NCBI GenBank assembly: GCA_002633005.1 | Contig: NMRA01000305.1 | Span: 158,858-222,857 of the forward strand | DNA length: 64,000 bases | Origin: Phoronis australis | Lineage: Eukaryota; Animalia; Phoronida | Direction of reading: 5' to 3' | In this document: positions 40,201 to 53,925 of the stretch, one piece after another | How the letters are laid out: each line of letters begins with the position of its first letter | Position numbering within the stretch: position 1 is the first letter of the stretch | Position numbers and translations under genes: made by a program | The notes under the pieces: generated by a model | Databases searched by the model: none | Told to the model about the DNA's origin: nothing | The model's input: the letters and a program-made list of their open reading frames with translations, nothing else

Positions 40201-42710
40201 CTACCCATGCAGATCAATCAATCATATATCAATTTGCACACAAAACTACTACAGCCTCTATCTCCGCCAGTGTGTCACACATGATAGCATACGTGTACAC
40301 TCGTAGTTTTAGTAATAAGCTAGCGTTTTCATTACAAAAATTATACCTTGTTGACATTGTTTTCCATGCGACTAATCAAGAAATGGCCTCAGTTACATCT
40401 GCGGACTTCGTATTTAGTTTGTTTTGAGTTCAGAATTTCTAAAAACTAGTAATTGAACGCTTAGGCCCCTATCTGTGTCATTTTAAGTAAAATATTGAAG
40501 TTTACCATATAATAACCTTCAGACGACATAACAGTGGTTATTCAACTCTGAGTAAAATTTTGTCACCAAATTTATTAAGCCTGACGGAAATTTTTCTCGT
40601 GATCTCCTACGTCACAAGAAGCCAACAATGGCTCAAATGGTAGTGTTTGACTGTATCACTGAGTTAGTTATTCAATAGCGAATGAGTAAAAATACATTCC
40701 TCGGGACGCCGGCGATCAGGTCTGTGTTCTTCAACTTTATCCGATGCTGGCCCAATTAAGCAAACGTTTTAGGTCGTAAAAAGTCACATTTTTTCCAATT
40801 TTCAAAATTCAAAAAATTTATCCCATGTGCTTTTTGCGAACTCTTCAAATACGCTACTTACAAACTTTCAAAATGAACATTTGAATACACCATTGTCGTC
40901 CCCAATGTGTTTATGATGGTCTTGTACTTTAGAGAAAGATAACTTCAGCATCCTGAAGCGATTCAATTAACCACAACAGCATTGTGTCTGTGATCTAAAC
41001 AGGCAGATTCTGAGGTGTGGCCGAGTTGCCCAATCTGGACCGGTAAGGGTGTTTACGTAGGATTCTTTCCTAGTAGAGCTAAAAGCCAATGATCCAAATA
41101 GCTGAGAATTTTTTGAATTCGCTTAAACTATATTTAACTGATATAATCCGACCTCACATTCCATTACATCTCCCAAATTATTGGAAGTCAAAAAAGCTGA
41201 GAATCGGCAACTTTCAATAAAATCACAAAAATAACCGTCTTTTACGTTTTATACTTTTGAAAAACCCTAGAATTATTGAACAATACCCACAAAAATGTAT
41301 TTCGCTACCCTAAAACGGATTGTTCTTTTAAGGAAAAAATTGTCCAAGAATATGCACATATTGCATTGTTGTAGATATCGGTAATGCTGTTTCTTCTTCG
41401 GACAATTACACTACATAAATGAGCTTAGGTCTGCACTGGACTATTTCCAGTTTTCAAAAGAAAATTAAATTATCTTTCTATTGTAAGATATTTCGCGTCA
41501 CTATAATTGCATAAGCGTATATAGTGATAAAAACCCCTTAACAAGCAATTCATTGCTTCTTTGGTGGCGCTACAAAAATTATTCTTGTGCATTGCTGTTT
41601 AGGACACAATGCCTCGTTTCAAATGTGGAAGCGTGCGTGTTGCAAACAATAGGCATAACCATTTGTGGTTTGGAAATAACATCTCGTTCTCAAGCGTAAT
41701 GACAAATTCATGCAAGTAGTGAATAGGTCTCCATCGCTGGTAAAAATAATACTACCTTCGTAAATGTCTTTCGTTAGAAAGTTGCATCATATAGTTTTTG
41801 TGAATTGCTAAAAATATCTTACTAAAAATGTTATTTGCATTTGTATTAATTCATCCTTTTGTCATCCTAGGTTTTGTAGCCAAACGCTTGGAAGTTGGTT
41901 GCAACCAACTAGAGATATGACGCATCTTAAAGTGGCCACTAACCCTCGTTCTTACTGACTGTATGATTCGGACAACTTGCCTGCATAACACTGATCTCAA
42001 CTTGTTTCTCACTAAGATGAAGTGGTTTCCGAGATTAGAGTAAAATCTGACCGTTTGTTATTGTTTGAGATCTTGCCTAGTGCATAAAATGACAAGCCGT
42101 GAAAAGTTGAATTATAAAACCCGAGTCCGCAGTATAATGTCTGTACTCGAAATCAAGTCGATGTTAATTTGACATTTACCAATCCACTTTTATACTGTGT
42201 ATGCTATCGGTTTCGCTAACGAGTTCCAGTTCAAATTGGCAGTTGATGACGCTTAGGTTCGAGTCACAGACTCGAGTAACAACATGAGATTTCGAGTAGA
42301 AACTCGAAATTTCGAGTTCAGACTCAAAGTTAGAGCGTTAATTGGGGTCACCAAGAGCAAGTCAGGATCAAATAGTCATCCGTGTGAACCAAAGAGTACT
42401 GAAGCACAGAATGATAGACGTTTATCTTTGAACGGAAAATGTCGAAATGAGTTTCGATTAGACCCTGGTGTCAAGCGAGAGCGAACTTTTAGTTCTTTCC
42501 AAGCCAAATCGGCTCTAATGTGGCTGAAGATCAACTTGAGATCAATTTCATATTTTAAGTGATGGACGATAAATCTAGATCAGCTGTAAAGGAGAATATA
42601 ACAAACATGAACTCTGTTATTGACAGGTAATGTAAATCTTCCTTACCTTTGAGCGATGGAAAACTACCGAGTACTAAACATAAGAACACTGTTTTAACAT
42701 AGCTGACCAT
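34231..42710 (-). CDS. Type I membrane protein, paralog A (~337 aa): signal peptide, Thr-rich repeats, one Sushi/CCP domain, TM, Cys-rich cytoplasmic tail. Exons: 42710-42647, 40111-39705, 37157-37061, 35995-35899, 35519-35354, 34413-34231
   Basis: Spliced reading: MVSYVKTVFLCLVLGSFPSLK | VFGNNQTSEA(T-rich)...TCPLPVGVANAVQSNPGPYYVGSRLSYRCHDGFNMSGFPSAQ | ECGVDGLWIGDAPVC...IDKRPYYNNSQSFGQ | DLPWWAFLALGLLFLLFLMALMIPLCMYCCCT | SNRVAPF...CCSCCC... | ...WLPHSHSVRDTAYHRNTSTK*. Four Cys plus Trp fit the CCP pattern. All phases are compatible (1014 nt), and the exon structure is mirrored by paralog B. Confidence 0.87.
37561..37776. mobile_element. MITE family 2 (catgcgcgcaccc...gcgcgcatg), 5-bp TSD CAGTT, in a paralog A intron
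   Basis: cagtt|catgcgcgcacccagcct...tgcgcgcatg|cagtt. Confidence 0.75.
39898..40083 (-). repeat. Coding tandem repeat: 3 x 20-21 aa (TTTTNGGTSSxAATTQQVTT) in the paralog A mucin segment
   Basis: 60-63-bp units visible in both DNA and translation. Confidence 0.85.
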
Positions 42711-43105
42711 TTCCCTGCGATTTCGCGCCGTCCGATACCGTTCCCAGCTGAGCGCTCATGCTAATACGCCATGTCGCTTGCAAGGGGTGCCGCGATAGCA
42801 TGGGGTCGGAACGAGGCTACGATACGACTGTGACAATGTGCAGTGAAGTCTTATTATAATCTCTACCCAAAGAATTCCTGCTGGCCCTCTTGGACGAGTC
42901 CAAGATCGACAGAATGGCCACGATGGAAGTGAAGCCGGATTAATTTTAGCTACAACGTTACTTTGCTATTTTGACCAAAAAACNGGCGATAAAACCATAA
43001 AATTGACAGAACTTTGGGAGAGTAGGTGGACAAAATTTTCATCACTCGAGCTCATTGTTTGGGAATTGTTTAGCTTAAGGTGAACAAAAACGAGTTGATA
43101 CTCCT

Positions 43106-43253
43106 CAGGGGCGATTACAGAATTTTGAGTTGGGGGGTACGGCAGAGTATTAGCCATGATTTTGCCCGTCAGACATTCGCACCCTCGAACTGCCAAATAA
43201 AATATGGGAGAATTTCACTGGAGCAATGATTCCCTTCCCCCNATCCGCCGCTG
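43106..43253. mobile_element. MITE family 1 copy, inverted and diverged; TSD ctcct/cttct
   Basis: Reverse complement of the family core (cagagtattagcc...cagacattcgcaccc...ggagaattt); ends atccgccgctg. Confidence 0.6.
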
Positions 43254-44617
43254 CTTCTAAAAGATTACGTTGAACGGGTTTATTACCCAAGAATAACACT
43301 AAAAACAACCTTTTTCGTTTTTCAGCTTGGTGCTGAATATTAAAACTCCCAAAGAAAGAGAAGTAAATGCCAACACTTCTACTTCAACTAATACGTAACG
43401 AGACCACGATATTCACGACAACTTGTGTGTCTTCGGGACGTTCGTGATTGTGTAAACGTATCTGGAGTCACCTAAGGATTAGCTACAGACCGCATACGGC
43501 CCAATTGCAATTAATTTGGGGCCCCGAGTACATGTTAAAAGCCACCAAGTTCTGCCCAGACAACTTTTAAAAAGTTTCGTTCCCTTAACCAGTCTGCCTT
43601 ACGAAATGTTTATTTGGCAAATAGTTCTAAATGAAGACCGCTATATCGCGAGCCTCATAACAATGCAAACTACCTCGAAATTTGCTTTGCATTGTGTGTT
43701 TAGAAACGCACACCAATTCAAACGACAGTGACGATACGCTTTAATTCAAACACGAATGTTTAAAAAGCTTTTTCAACATAAAATTACCAAATTTACCCTC
43801 CGGGAAAACCAATTTCTATAGCTTCACTCTTATTCAAGAGGAAACAATACATTGTTATTGAAACGACAAACGTGTAATCCAGGCTGTTCTAGAGGCTTTT
43901 CTGTATTAAAAACACCAAGTTTGTATTATTGTTATCAAACAGAAGGCATTCAACCACAGTCTTGCAATTGAACATATCTTTCACATAAAGAGGTATGAGG
44001 TACGTCGACTAATCGACCATGCAACTTTCACTGAAAAACGAACAAATGGTAAGCAAATATTTATCCGATTTTTTTACTGAACCCGTGACGTCTCGTAACA
44101 TACACAAAACAGTGAGCGCTAATGCTGTAGACCTGCTCGTACAAATCACTTTACAAATGAAATCCATTTAACATAATTAAAAGAAATACGTCAATGACAT
44201 AAATAATCAACTTTGTGAGTCAACTCTCGAGGTCACACCGTACTCTAGCGCGTTTGTTCACTATCTCACCCAGCGCTACCTATGTTCATGTCGCGTATCG
44301 GGAGTCACGGTTGTCGCATTTCTAAGGCCGTCTTACACTTGTTTGTCTCTCCTCACCTGCTTCATTCCTGTGAGGTGGGAGGTCCTTAGGTAAAATATGT
44401 AATTTTTTACTTTTAATTGTCAGGGCACATTTTTTTTTGCAACAAACAGAAAAAAATAATTATTTTATCTGATATAAGTAACGTATTTTGAATGGACTTC
44501 ACGTTCAGTCACGTTGTATGGCCATTTATTACAAACCAAAGCACGTGATCACACTTACTTCCTTCGAGAGATTCTTGAGTGCACGAAACTTAACCCAGGT
44601 TTTACAAGTTGGTTGTC

Positions 44618-44837
44618 CATGCGCGCACCCAGCCTTTAATATGGGCCGGGCTCAAATTTCTGGCGATGTGGACCTTTTGCCGACAAAAAAATGTGGCAGG
44701 ACTAAAAAAACGGGGTACCACCTTAAAAACTGTGAACTGTGCTTCCTTGTTTCTCCGTGGCGGACCTTTTTGCCCACTTCGCCAAATTAGCGGCTCATTC
44801 GAGCCCCCCCGAGCCCTCCCCCTAGGGGGCGCGCATG
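44618..44837. mobile_element. MITE family 2 copy, 5-bp TSD TTGTC
   Basis: ttgtc|catgcgcgcacccagcct...ggcgcgcatg|ttgtc. Confidence 0.8.
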
Positions 44838-44913
44838 TTGTCACGGCATGTTGGAGAAAAATGAATAGTCATTTTTTGCGAGCCCAGGAACGAGTTTAAT
44901 AACCGTCTTTCGG

Positions 44914-45075
44914 AGAGAATAATCTAGTCAAAATCACACGCGCTCATTAAAACTGTACAACGATATCTCGCGAGATCTTGGTTTTCTATTGAAACACTAC
45001 CGATACCCTGAGAATAATCTAGTCAAAATCACACGCGCTCATTAAAAATGCACAACGACACTATCGATACCCTGA
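44914..45075. repeat. Local tandem duplication
   Basis: gagaataatctagtcaaaatcacacgcgctcattaaaa...cgataccctga occurs twice. Confidence 0.75.
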
Positions 45076-45958
45076 CTTCTCATCCGCCTGAGTGAGCAAC
45101 AAGTCGAGTCTAATTTTACAGCCGGTAGTAAGTCGTATAAATCAGCTGATCTCAAGCTTGACGAATAAGAATACTTAAATTTAAGTTGACCGGAATTTTT
45201 ACGTTACATTTAATGAAACGAATCGTGATCTTTGATCCCACTACAAAAATTCAGAAAGCCGCGTTTTTGAAGTATATTTTCCCTAGGTGGAGCCCCTACG
45301 AACTGTTTGATTATGCACGATTTTGCGGATATTTTCTTCCCAAAGTAAAGATAGATTCGTTTTGATGAGCAAAATGTGGACAATTTGGTTGAATTTTGAA
45401 TTAGTATTTTAGCGACTTTATTGGCCAAACTCTGGTCCCAGAAACTTTAGGTGCATATATACATGGGTTGACAATAACCAGGATGTACTTTTTAATTTTA
45501 TTTCAAAGTATTCGGAGTACTTTACTCATGTCATTGCTGGATGTCAAAACTATCGACCACAGGTCGGGGGAGTTCAAGTGGGTAGCGGACCTTGGACGTC
45601 GCAGGGAGGCCATAATGCAAAGCCTGCGAGCCACCGACTAAAACTGGCATGCTGTTGCTGCGTTTGGCCACGCCCGTAGGTTGCAAAGGGGATTCGACAA
45701 GGACCGGAGGTCGATCTGTAACGTAACTAGAGGATATTTAGCTATTGGTTAGAAAGCAATTTTCAGGAAAAAAGCGGCAACCGGGGAAGAATCGGTGAGG
45801 ACTGATTGGAGATGAGTTGATGACGACACAGGTTTCTTCTACGCTCTAAACCAGGGGTTCTAACCTTCCTTCCGGAGAGTTCCCTGGTCGTATACTAAAC
45901 ATGAGAATTCTTAACAGCTCAAACTGTGATTCAGTCACGTTTTCAATCAGTCCGTGGT

Positions 45959-48900
45959 TCACTTTGTACTGGTATTTCTGTGATAAGCTGTGTCCCTGAC
46001 GGGGTGTGAGTGCGGTAACCACATTCCTGTCAGCTGCTTTGCTTCCTTTTTCTTGTCGACAATTGAACGCGGCGATTCCCCAGTAGTACAGGCTGGCAGG
46101 ACGTCTGGGCGGCTTTTTGTTTTCGAGAACGTTCTCTGTAAAATACACATAATGAAGGATGAGCAAAACAAATAATTGATGTCTAGAATCAAGTATGCGT
46201 CGAAAACACACTTACGTAGCTGAGATACGAAACAAACTGAAGCCGAAACTGAAGATCGCCTCCATCGAATTAGTTTCTTTTATGTCAGTCTGTTAATGAA
46301 ACGGCAATACAACAAAATTACGACGACATACAGAAATTATGACCAGAAGGACTGCCGTGTTATCAAATTGTGGTGTTACGTCATTTTGGTTAAGCTCAGT
46401 TTGTTCTAAAACCTGGAAAGCATTTCACCGTGTCCACATCCACAACACTCAAAAACGTTGGACTCAAATAGTTCTTACCGTAATAGATTCTTTTTATGTT
46501 ACCAACAAAAACATCGAAATCACCAGTGATTCGAGAAAACGTTTATAGTTTATTGGGGTTGGTCTCCCTAAAATTGAGGATTCGAAAATGGCACTAGTGG
46601 GGATTGGCCGTGACTTGAGTTGCGGCTAAATCGACAATAGTTCAAGATGTTTTAATCCAATAGGGCTTCGGTTATCAATTCAGCATTGACTTTTAAACGA
46701 GACGAAATGCACCTTTAATTATCGAAATATATACCCGAGTTACGACAGACACTTTGTCGCTGTACGGCGATGCATGTCCAGTATCCGTGTCGTCTGCATA
46801 ACTCCCGATAGGCGAACCATTTGTTAGATATACAGCTCTCGGTGATCCGTAACCAGCGTTTTCGCTCAAATTGTTAGAAACCCTGGACTTTTCTTTAATT
46901 TTGTTGTCTTTAGTGCCACAATAAGAGACTCCTGGACTTCTGCAGTCGCCACTGTCGAGAATAATGACACCTGGTGTCGTTGGCGCCTGCGTTTCGTCAA
47001 CTATCTGTAGCGTGCGAGGGCTGATATTGTTTTTAAGGTTTTTGTCTTTAATTTTGCGGGAGTTTGTTGCGTAACCCCCGTCAGGACCAGAAATAACATA
47101 AATGTCATTAGCTGTGGATTTTCTTTTCTCAAGAATAACCTGTTTCTTCGGTTGTTTGCTATCTTTTGCGTCAACGTATATCTACAAAGAAGAAAGGAAA
47201 TTTGCAAAACAAAACAAAGAACAATGAATGAAGCAATTAAATTCACCATTAACATTTCATTAATTTGTAAGACAAAGGACCCGATGTCTAAGGAAAAGGC
47301 AATTGCTTTACTGTCTTAAGAGCAAAAAATTGATTAGAAAATAAGAATACGTACTAGAATTCCCCATCCATCCAAAGAGTCTAAGCATCGATCGAAAGAT
47401 TTCGTTGAAACTAATAAATTCACCGCCCTCTAGCGGACATCAAATTCTAGGCGGTACTCTTAAAACAAAAGAACGTAGCACGCTTACAGTTTTCCCGCCA
47501 CCATCCTTCTTTCCCATTTCCACGACTCGTATGTCACTGCAGGTGGAGCTGGAGCGTGATATAGTTCTCCGTTTCGTGCGTCGGCAGCAACAAGAACAGC
47601 AGGAAGAACACGACCTCTGGTGGTGACCTGTTCTGAATGGTGCCACGCTATTGCTGTAACAGGTGAACAACTATTTGTTTCATGTGAACATCACACAGCA
47701 AATGTATATCAACTGCGCTACAGTTACACGTTTTATTTCAATGTAATAAATGACCTAAAACAGCAATACTTACCTATTATTTTGTCATTAACATGACACG
47801 GTAAATTACTGTTAATGTGAATACATCACGTGGTACCTACTTGTTACAACAGCAATAAATGAGCAGCGGAATCAGCAGAGCCATGAGAAAGAGCAGCAAC
47901 AGCAGACCGAGGGCGAGAAAGGCCCACCAAGGGAGATCTGTGGGACAGACGGTGCACAGTTGATCTTAACTACATATACAATACATTTAGTGTAGACGTG
48001 TAAGCCGAAACAGAATTTCCAGCCTACTGATTTCAGCTCTAATCCGAAAGGTCTCGCTTATTTTCGACCTTACTTGCTAAAGAGGCTAGAAAAATGGCCG
48101 CTTGTTTAATTACGACACGAAAATTCCCACAATACACACTATTTCCGTCTCCGGTGTCTCACAATATCACTACATTTGGACCCATGCTCTTACGCCAACA
48201 CTTTCATCAATCTTACAACAAATTAGCCTACGTAATAAAGGTCCGCGCCCCGTTAGGCTTCAAAGCTAATGTTTTTAACAATTAAATTTTACCGGATTTC
48301 AATAACGTATTTTACCAGTTTGTACACTTCCGTAAAAAGTGTCTTAGTTGCTCAGGGTTCGGTTGCATAAAACTTTAAAAGTAATCCACTGCCTGAGCTT
48401 GTTTACTACGTGACGTCAGCAGCATTGTTCAACAACGTTAGTGTGACGACCGATATTATGGCGTCATTTGTTGTCTAGAAGCGTGGATACGCTGTCTAGA
48501 TAGTATAACGTTTATGCAACAGGTCCCACTGAGCTGCTCATCCGACAAAGCAGACAGGGTCAATGTTCGTGTCTGCTCGTAATTGTCTCAGTCCCTGTCT
48601 CAACCACCGAGGATGTAGGTAATTCTATCCAGGACAGTGGAGAGATAATTTAGTCTGAGCTGGATGGTAAGGCAGTTGACTTACCTTCCTTTTGGAGGCA
48701 CTGGTTAGTAAAGCAGTGTACTTACCTTCTTTTTCGAAGCGCTGGTTGTTATTATAATACGGACGTTTATCGATTGGAGTACATACAGGGGCTGTTCCAC
48801 TCCACGAGCCATCATGGCTGCACTCCTACAGGTAAAGTACGCATGATCAGACTGATCGATTTTTACATCTCCATCTACATGCACTTGACGATACTGAAAA

Positions 48901-51900
48901 GCTCTAACACAGGAGATAATTTTGCTGATACAAATTATGAACCCAATCGATGTATCTAGACGATCAAGAGGGTGCTCAATACCTCCTACCATATGTTTAT
49001 CAAATGGTGGCTCGTTTACTAATGTTTGATAAGCGATTTAGAATTTCTGATGTTAAACTTTTGTTGCAATGAACCTAGTGGAGAACATTGGTCGCTTGTG
49101 AGGTGTGGGTCTCCGCCGACTTGGAAAAATGACTTAGGAGTTAAGACAGAACTGGTGACTTATGCTCTCACCGTGTAATGATAGATTAGCCATTAACCAT
49201 TCAGTACATAACTGCCTGGAAATAAGGTGTACAAATATTTTCAAGAAGAAACAGTTAAGGGGCTATTCTCAACTTAGTTTTTCGTTTGCTAAAGAGAGTT
49301 TTAATTATTTTCCAGAAATAGTTATGCGTAGCGTGATGCAAAAAATTGTCTATGTCTTAAAAGTGAAAAATACCTCTGAATGTATATGCGGTTTTACCCG
49401 AGATTGAATATCGGGTCAGAGTTCAAAGCCGTACGTCATGCTTACCTGTGCGCTTGGGGCTCCAGCCATGCTGAAGCCATTGTTACATTGATAGTTTAGC
49501 CTGCTTCCCACATAAAACGGGCCCTGGTTATTTTGGACAGCATTGGCGACTCCAATTGGCGGCGGACAAGTTGGCCGTGGGGTCGTGGTAGGTGCTTCAG
49601 TCGTTGTTCCAAGCGTTGTAGAAAGCGTAGTCAATGCTTCAGTGGTAGGAACCGTGGTAAAAATCGTTGTTAAAGCCCAAGTTGTCGAATGGGTCGTAGT
49701 CACTTCACTGTTTGTTTCTTTGTCGCTGGTCGTCGTCGTTACTTGCGGTGACGATGTCCCATGGACACCAAACCCTAGCACGTCATCAAGAGAAATGAAA
49801 TTAATTTGTCGATTGAAATTACAGAAATCTTTAGGAAAATACCTACTACGGAAATATAGCAACACTAGACCAAACCAGGCGTCTGTTTCATGCAAGGTCA
49901 CAGTGATGAAGAAGAAGTCGAAAATTTCGTCTTACGCTTTAACGAAATTTTTCAGAAAAATATTTTAAACTCGCTTGTGCGAAAAATTAAGTATCTGAGA
50001 AAATAGCGATTACTAGTAATACATCTAAGAAGTTTTCGAATTGTTGTTGTACTGTAATGCGCTAAAATGTACATGGTAAACATTTTATTTAGTAACTGAA
50101 GAATGTAAGCCAAGTTATATTTCATGAAATGGGTAGCTGGTCAATCTTTCTGAAACATTCTGCAATATTTTACAACTCTTTTCGGTTTAGTATCACACGG
50201 CCATCATAATCAAGTGCAATTCATGTGTGCACCCAGCCTTAATTATATGGGGGCTCGAATTTTTCGGTATGTGGACCTTTTACTGAAAAAAGAAAACGAG
50301 GGCTAAAAAACGGGGTACTAGGCTCAGACTTATGAATTGTGCATTCGCGCCGAATTCCTGTGGAATTTTGTCTCGTTTTCTCGGACCTTTTTGCCCAATT
50401 CGCGAAACGGGGAGGGGGGGCTCGTTTGAGCCCTCCGAGCCCCCTCCCCCTTTCCTGGGTGCGCGCCTGCAATGCTCCACAATTTTAATTTAAATGCACG
50501 CAAACTTATTTCCGTCGCACAATATAACATGTTTGTACTTCTTGTAAACTTTGTGCCATTTTTATTTTTGGTGATTCGCGATGAAACACTTGTCCCAAAG
50601 AAAAAAAAACAGTATTTACTTTGACATCACAACAAAGAAAAAGTGAGATAAGCTACATAACACGGACATAACCGCACTTGACATTCGCTCTGTCGCGACT
50701 AATTACAGGTAGAACTAAGGTTCAAGCATCAATTGAGATTGTGGGAAAGGATTAACATGGAATTGGTTTCACGAACGAAACTTGAAGATGATACACAATG
50801 TTGAAAAATTAATGACCAGGGGACACATTTAAGTGTTGTAACGTTTTTTGTGAACCTTGTGATCGTTCCCATTTCGGAATTTTCTGGTCCGTAGCCAAGA
50901 CTGATAATTCGCGGGGGCCGTTTGACGATTTGCTGCCAATCAGTGCTTTTGTGTGGTACGTGTTGGTAGACCAATACGTCACACATAAAAAGAAACTTAT
51001 CCTACAACTTCTTTGCTATATTGAGTTGGACATACTGCACCAGCGCATCTTACTCCTTAGTCTTGACAATGCGTACACTTCACTGACTTCACCGGTTACG
51101 CCTGGACAACCGTCTCGAACATCTGACTGATTTTCCGGCGATGGCGTCTTCTGGCTTACGTAACGATTAAATACCGCCTCCCGTTCAGTAACGCTAGGAC
51201 CTCGCTAAAAAGCAAGACTTCGCGAGATTACGCGATATATTGCCGTGTATTTTAAATGAGAACACGTGACTTTGAATTGGTTTTAGCTAGGTCCTAGCGT
51301 AGGTCCTAGCGTCCACTGAACGCACGCCCGTAGTCGGTTTACTCTACGGAACGAGCCATCAAGTGCAACCAGCGCCTCTGTTGTGTTACCATCACCTATG
51401 AGTTATCTTGGCCAGATACAAATATCTTCACAACACATGTATTTGATATCAAAATATGATAAATTAACGAGCGCAATTTACTGATAAGACATCAAAGCAA
51501 TGTTCAATTGCACTGTTTGGTCACTAGTTAAACATAATGCAGATTTGTGTACGACTACAGGACTTGGGTACTAATGTTGTGGGGATTTTGCGTTTAGTTC
51601 TAATTGTTGAGTTTGGAATACATGAAAGTTAGTGCACGTCAGCTTTGGGGGATGCACAATGCGATTGTAAGCGAAATGCTCTTTTTAAATATTTCGTAAT
51701 CTATGGGCGTGATACCTGAAACACGTACAACTACATGGGCTAAACATGACGATTTCTAGTTATTTTCTATCTCGTTTATTTTCTCTGCATTTCGCTGCAA
51801 TATAATAACGACAGGATTAAAATAACAATGCTCATGGTAAACATACGCGCACTCAGGGGGTGGGGCTCGGGGGACTCGAACGAACCTCTCCTTTGGCGAA

Positions 51901-53925
51901 TAGGCAAAAATGTAGAGAAACGAAACGACCGAAAAAAGTAGTAAAAGAGTTAAAAGTCCACTAAAAAAGTAGGAACCCCCCATTTTTAGGCTGTGTGCGC
52001 GAATGGTAAAGAGTATAATTAATATTAAAACAGAGAGTAACGAAACTTCGCGAGCTTCTCGCGAAAACATTTCGTCGGTGACGACTTGCTGAAGCGGTTA
52101 TAGAACTACAAAATGCGAATGTTAATGACACAGTTCTCACTGAAGATATTTTAATTAACTTTTTTGGGATATAACGACAACCAATAGCCAAATCATGCAT
52201 TGCGGAACACTAGACTAACAAAAACAAGAACTTATAATTTTTATCCCTCATTTGCACCTGTTCGCAAACAGAAAAAAGCAACGAAAGAGGCGTCTGGCCT
52301 CAAATGATAAATAACGACCAGGTATATTATAATTGTTTAGTTTTAAACTTAGTAATCACCACGAGTCGTTGTCGCAGTTGTCTTAGACACGAATATCATA
52401 AACACGATTATGGACTGCCCCTGGCGGCCAATTTATCAAATCGCCATTTGCACAATTATATCCAGTTAAGCCCAGGATTTGTAAATGGAAATAAATAACT
52501 GATTTTGACATGTGCATTCTTTTTAAAGAAAACATGCTTAAAAGCAACCGCATATCATTACAATCAAATAGAGATTTGTAATCGAGAAGGACTATTTTGT
52601 ATTTTTTTGCGTCATTTTGCCTAAAAACTTCATAAAACCGATTTTAATCGGCTCTAATCGGTTTTATTAGAATACTAAACACAACCATTTAACTGGATAC
52701 TAAGCCCTATCTCAGTTCGTTAACAGATGATATCGCATAAATTCTTGAAACAAAATATTCCTTTGTAACCATCGTGAATCCTCAAAACTTTGGAAAATAG
52801 TTGAAAATTATTCCCACTGTTGGCTTTGAGTGAATTACTTAATTGACAGCTGTGGGAAAAGACTGCCACATACGTGACGCAGCGAAGAAAATGTTGTACG
52901 CAGTTTATATACTATCAATTTGTTTCATGAAACATGACATAAGAGTCAAGACAGAAATTTGGTCTAATGCTCTCGCTCCACAATATTGCTGAGTTTACCT
53001 ATGAGAGAACGGCAGCCACGCTAAGAATGATTTGTAGCAATTATCTCAGTGTAACTTACAGCCATGTGACAGAGCCTTTACACTTTCGTTAAAGCGAGAT
53101 TTGATTATTTCACAGAAATAGCAATGTAGAACGTAAGACAAAATTTCTTATTTAAATCCAAAGTCACTTAAACAACTTATCCGCTGGTTAAGGTTGATCT
53201 TTGCATGACGAAGTGCACTGTTCAACAATGGCAACGCGACGTGTGCTTCTGTAACAGCACAGTTGTTATGCAACTTGGCACAGGTGCGTACCGAATCAGT
53301 TTTGAGTGGAATCGCCGAAAGAGGTTTTAGTTTTCTTCCAAATAATTGTCTCGTTGTCCCTTTGGCAAACTGTTGTTTAGTAAAACACAAAATGAACACA
53401 TATTAAAGCAAAGTAACACAAACAAGCTGAATACAATTAAACTGTTTCTTGCGAAAGAGAGATGGTAACTACAATACGCACTTGCAAGAACAACTTGCGA
53501 ATTGAACGATAACCAAACGCACACCAGTCGCTTTTGTGAAATTCAGAGGTTTTCAAGTTATCATTTACGTTTGTTTGTATGTTTATTTGTTTGCTCGTTT
53601 ATTTGTTTTGTTTGTGAATCTTGAATGATTTGACTATGTGCATCACGTCGTCATAAATAACCAAAACCTGGATAAAGTTTCGTTTTTAGGTGAACTATAA
53701 TGTTACATATTGCAGTAAACGATTTATAAAAACACAACACATGGAACACTGACTTAAATATCCGTGATAACTTATGAGAAATAGTTTTCGGCGTTTAGTA
53801 CACTGTGAAAAAACGTGAACGTCAAACAACCACATCGACTACTTCGGAAAATCCGTCTTACCTTTGAATGCGCGACTGCAAATTAGAGCTAAAGTTATGG
53901 ATACCAATGTAACACAGCTGACCAT
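45959..53925 (-). CDS. Type I membrane protein, paralog B (~310 aa), same architecture. Exons: 53925-53862, 49774-49446, 48825-48726, 47937-47841, 47653-47488, 46135-45959
   Basis: Spliced reading: MVSCVTLVSITLALICSRAFK | GFGVHGTSSPQVTTTT...TCPPPIGVANAVQNNQGPFYVGSRLNYQCNNGFSMAGAPSAQ | ECSHDGSWSGTAPVCTPIDKRPYYNNNQRFEKE | DLPWWAFLALGLLLLLFLMALLIPLLIYCCCN | NNSVAPF...CCSCCC... | ...WLPHSHPVRDTAYHRNTSTK*. Exons 1, 4 and 5 are 64/97/166 nt, identical to paralog A; total 933 nt. Confidence 0.87.
50222..50469. mobile_element. MITE family 2 copy, TSD caatt/caatg
   Basis: catgtgtgcacccagcct...gggtgcgcgcctg; internal tgtggacctttt and ggacctttttgccca shared with the 44618 copy. Confidence 0.72.
51180..51328. 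mobile_element. MITE family 3 copy in paralog B intron 1
   Basis: Matches 32486-32635. Confidence 0.75.
51842..52005. mobile_element. MITE family 2 copy (inverted), 5-bp TSD GTAAA
   Basis: gtaaa|catacgcgcactc...aggctgtgtgcgcgaatg|gtaaa. Confidence 0.7.

Noticed and set aside
49543-49968. Val-rich plus-strand ORFs (also 40015-40284)
   Set aside because: Antisense shadows of the Thr-rich coding exons.
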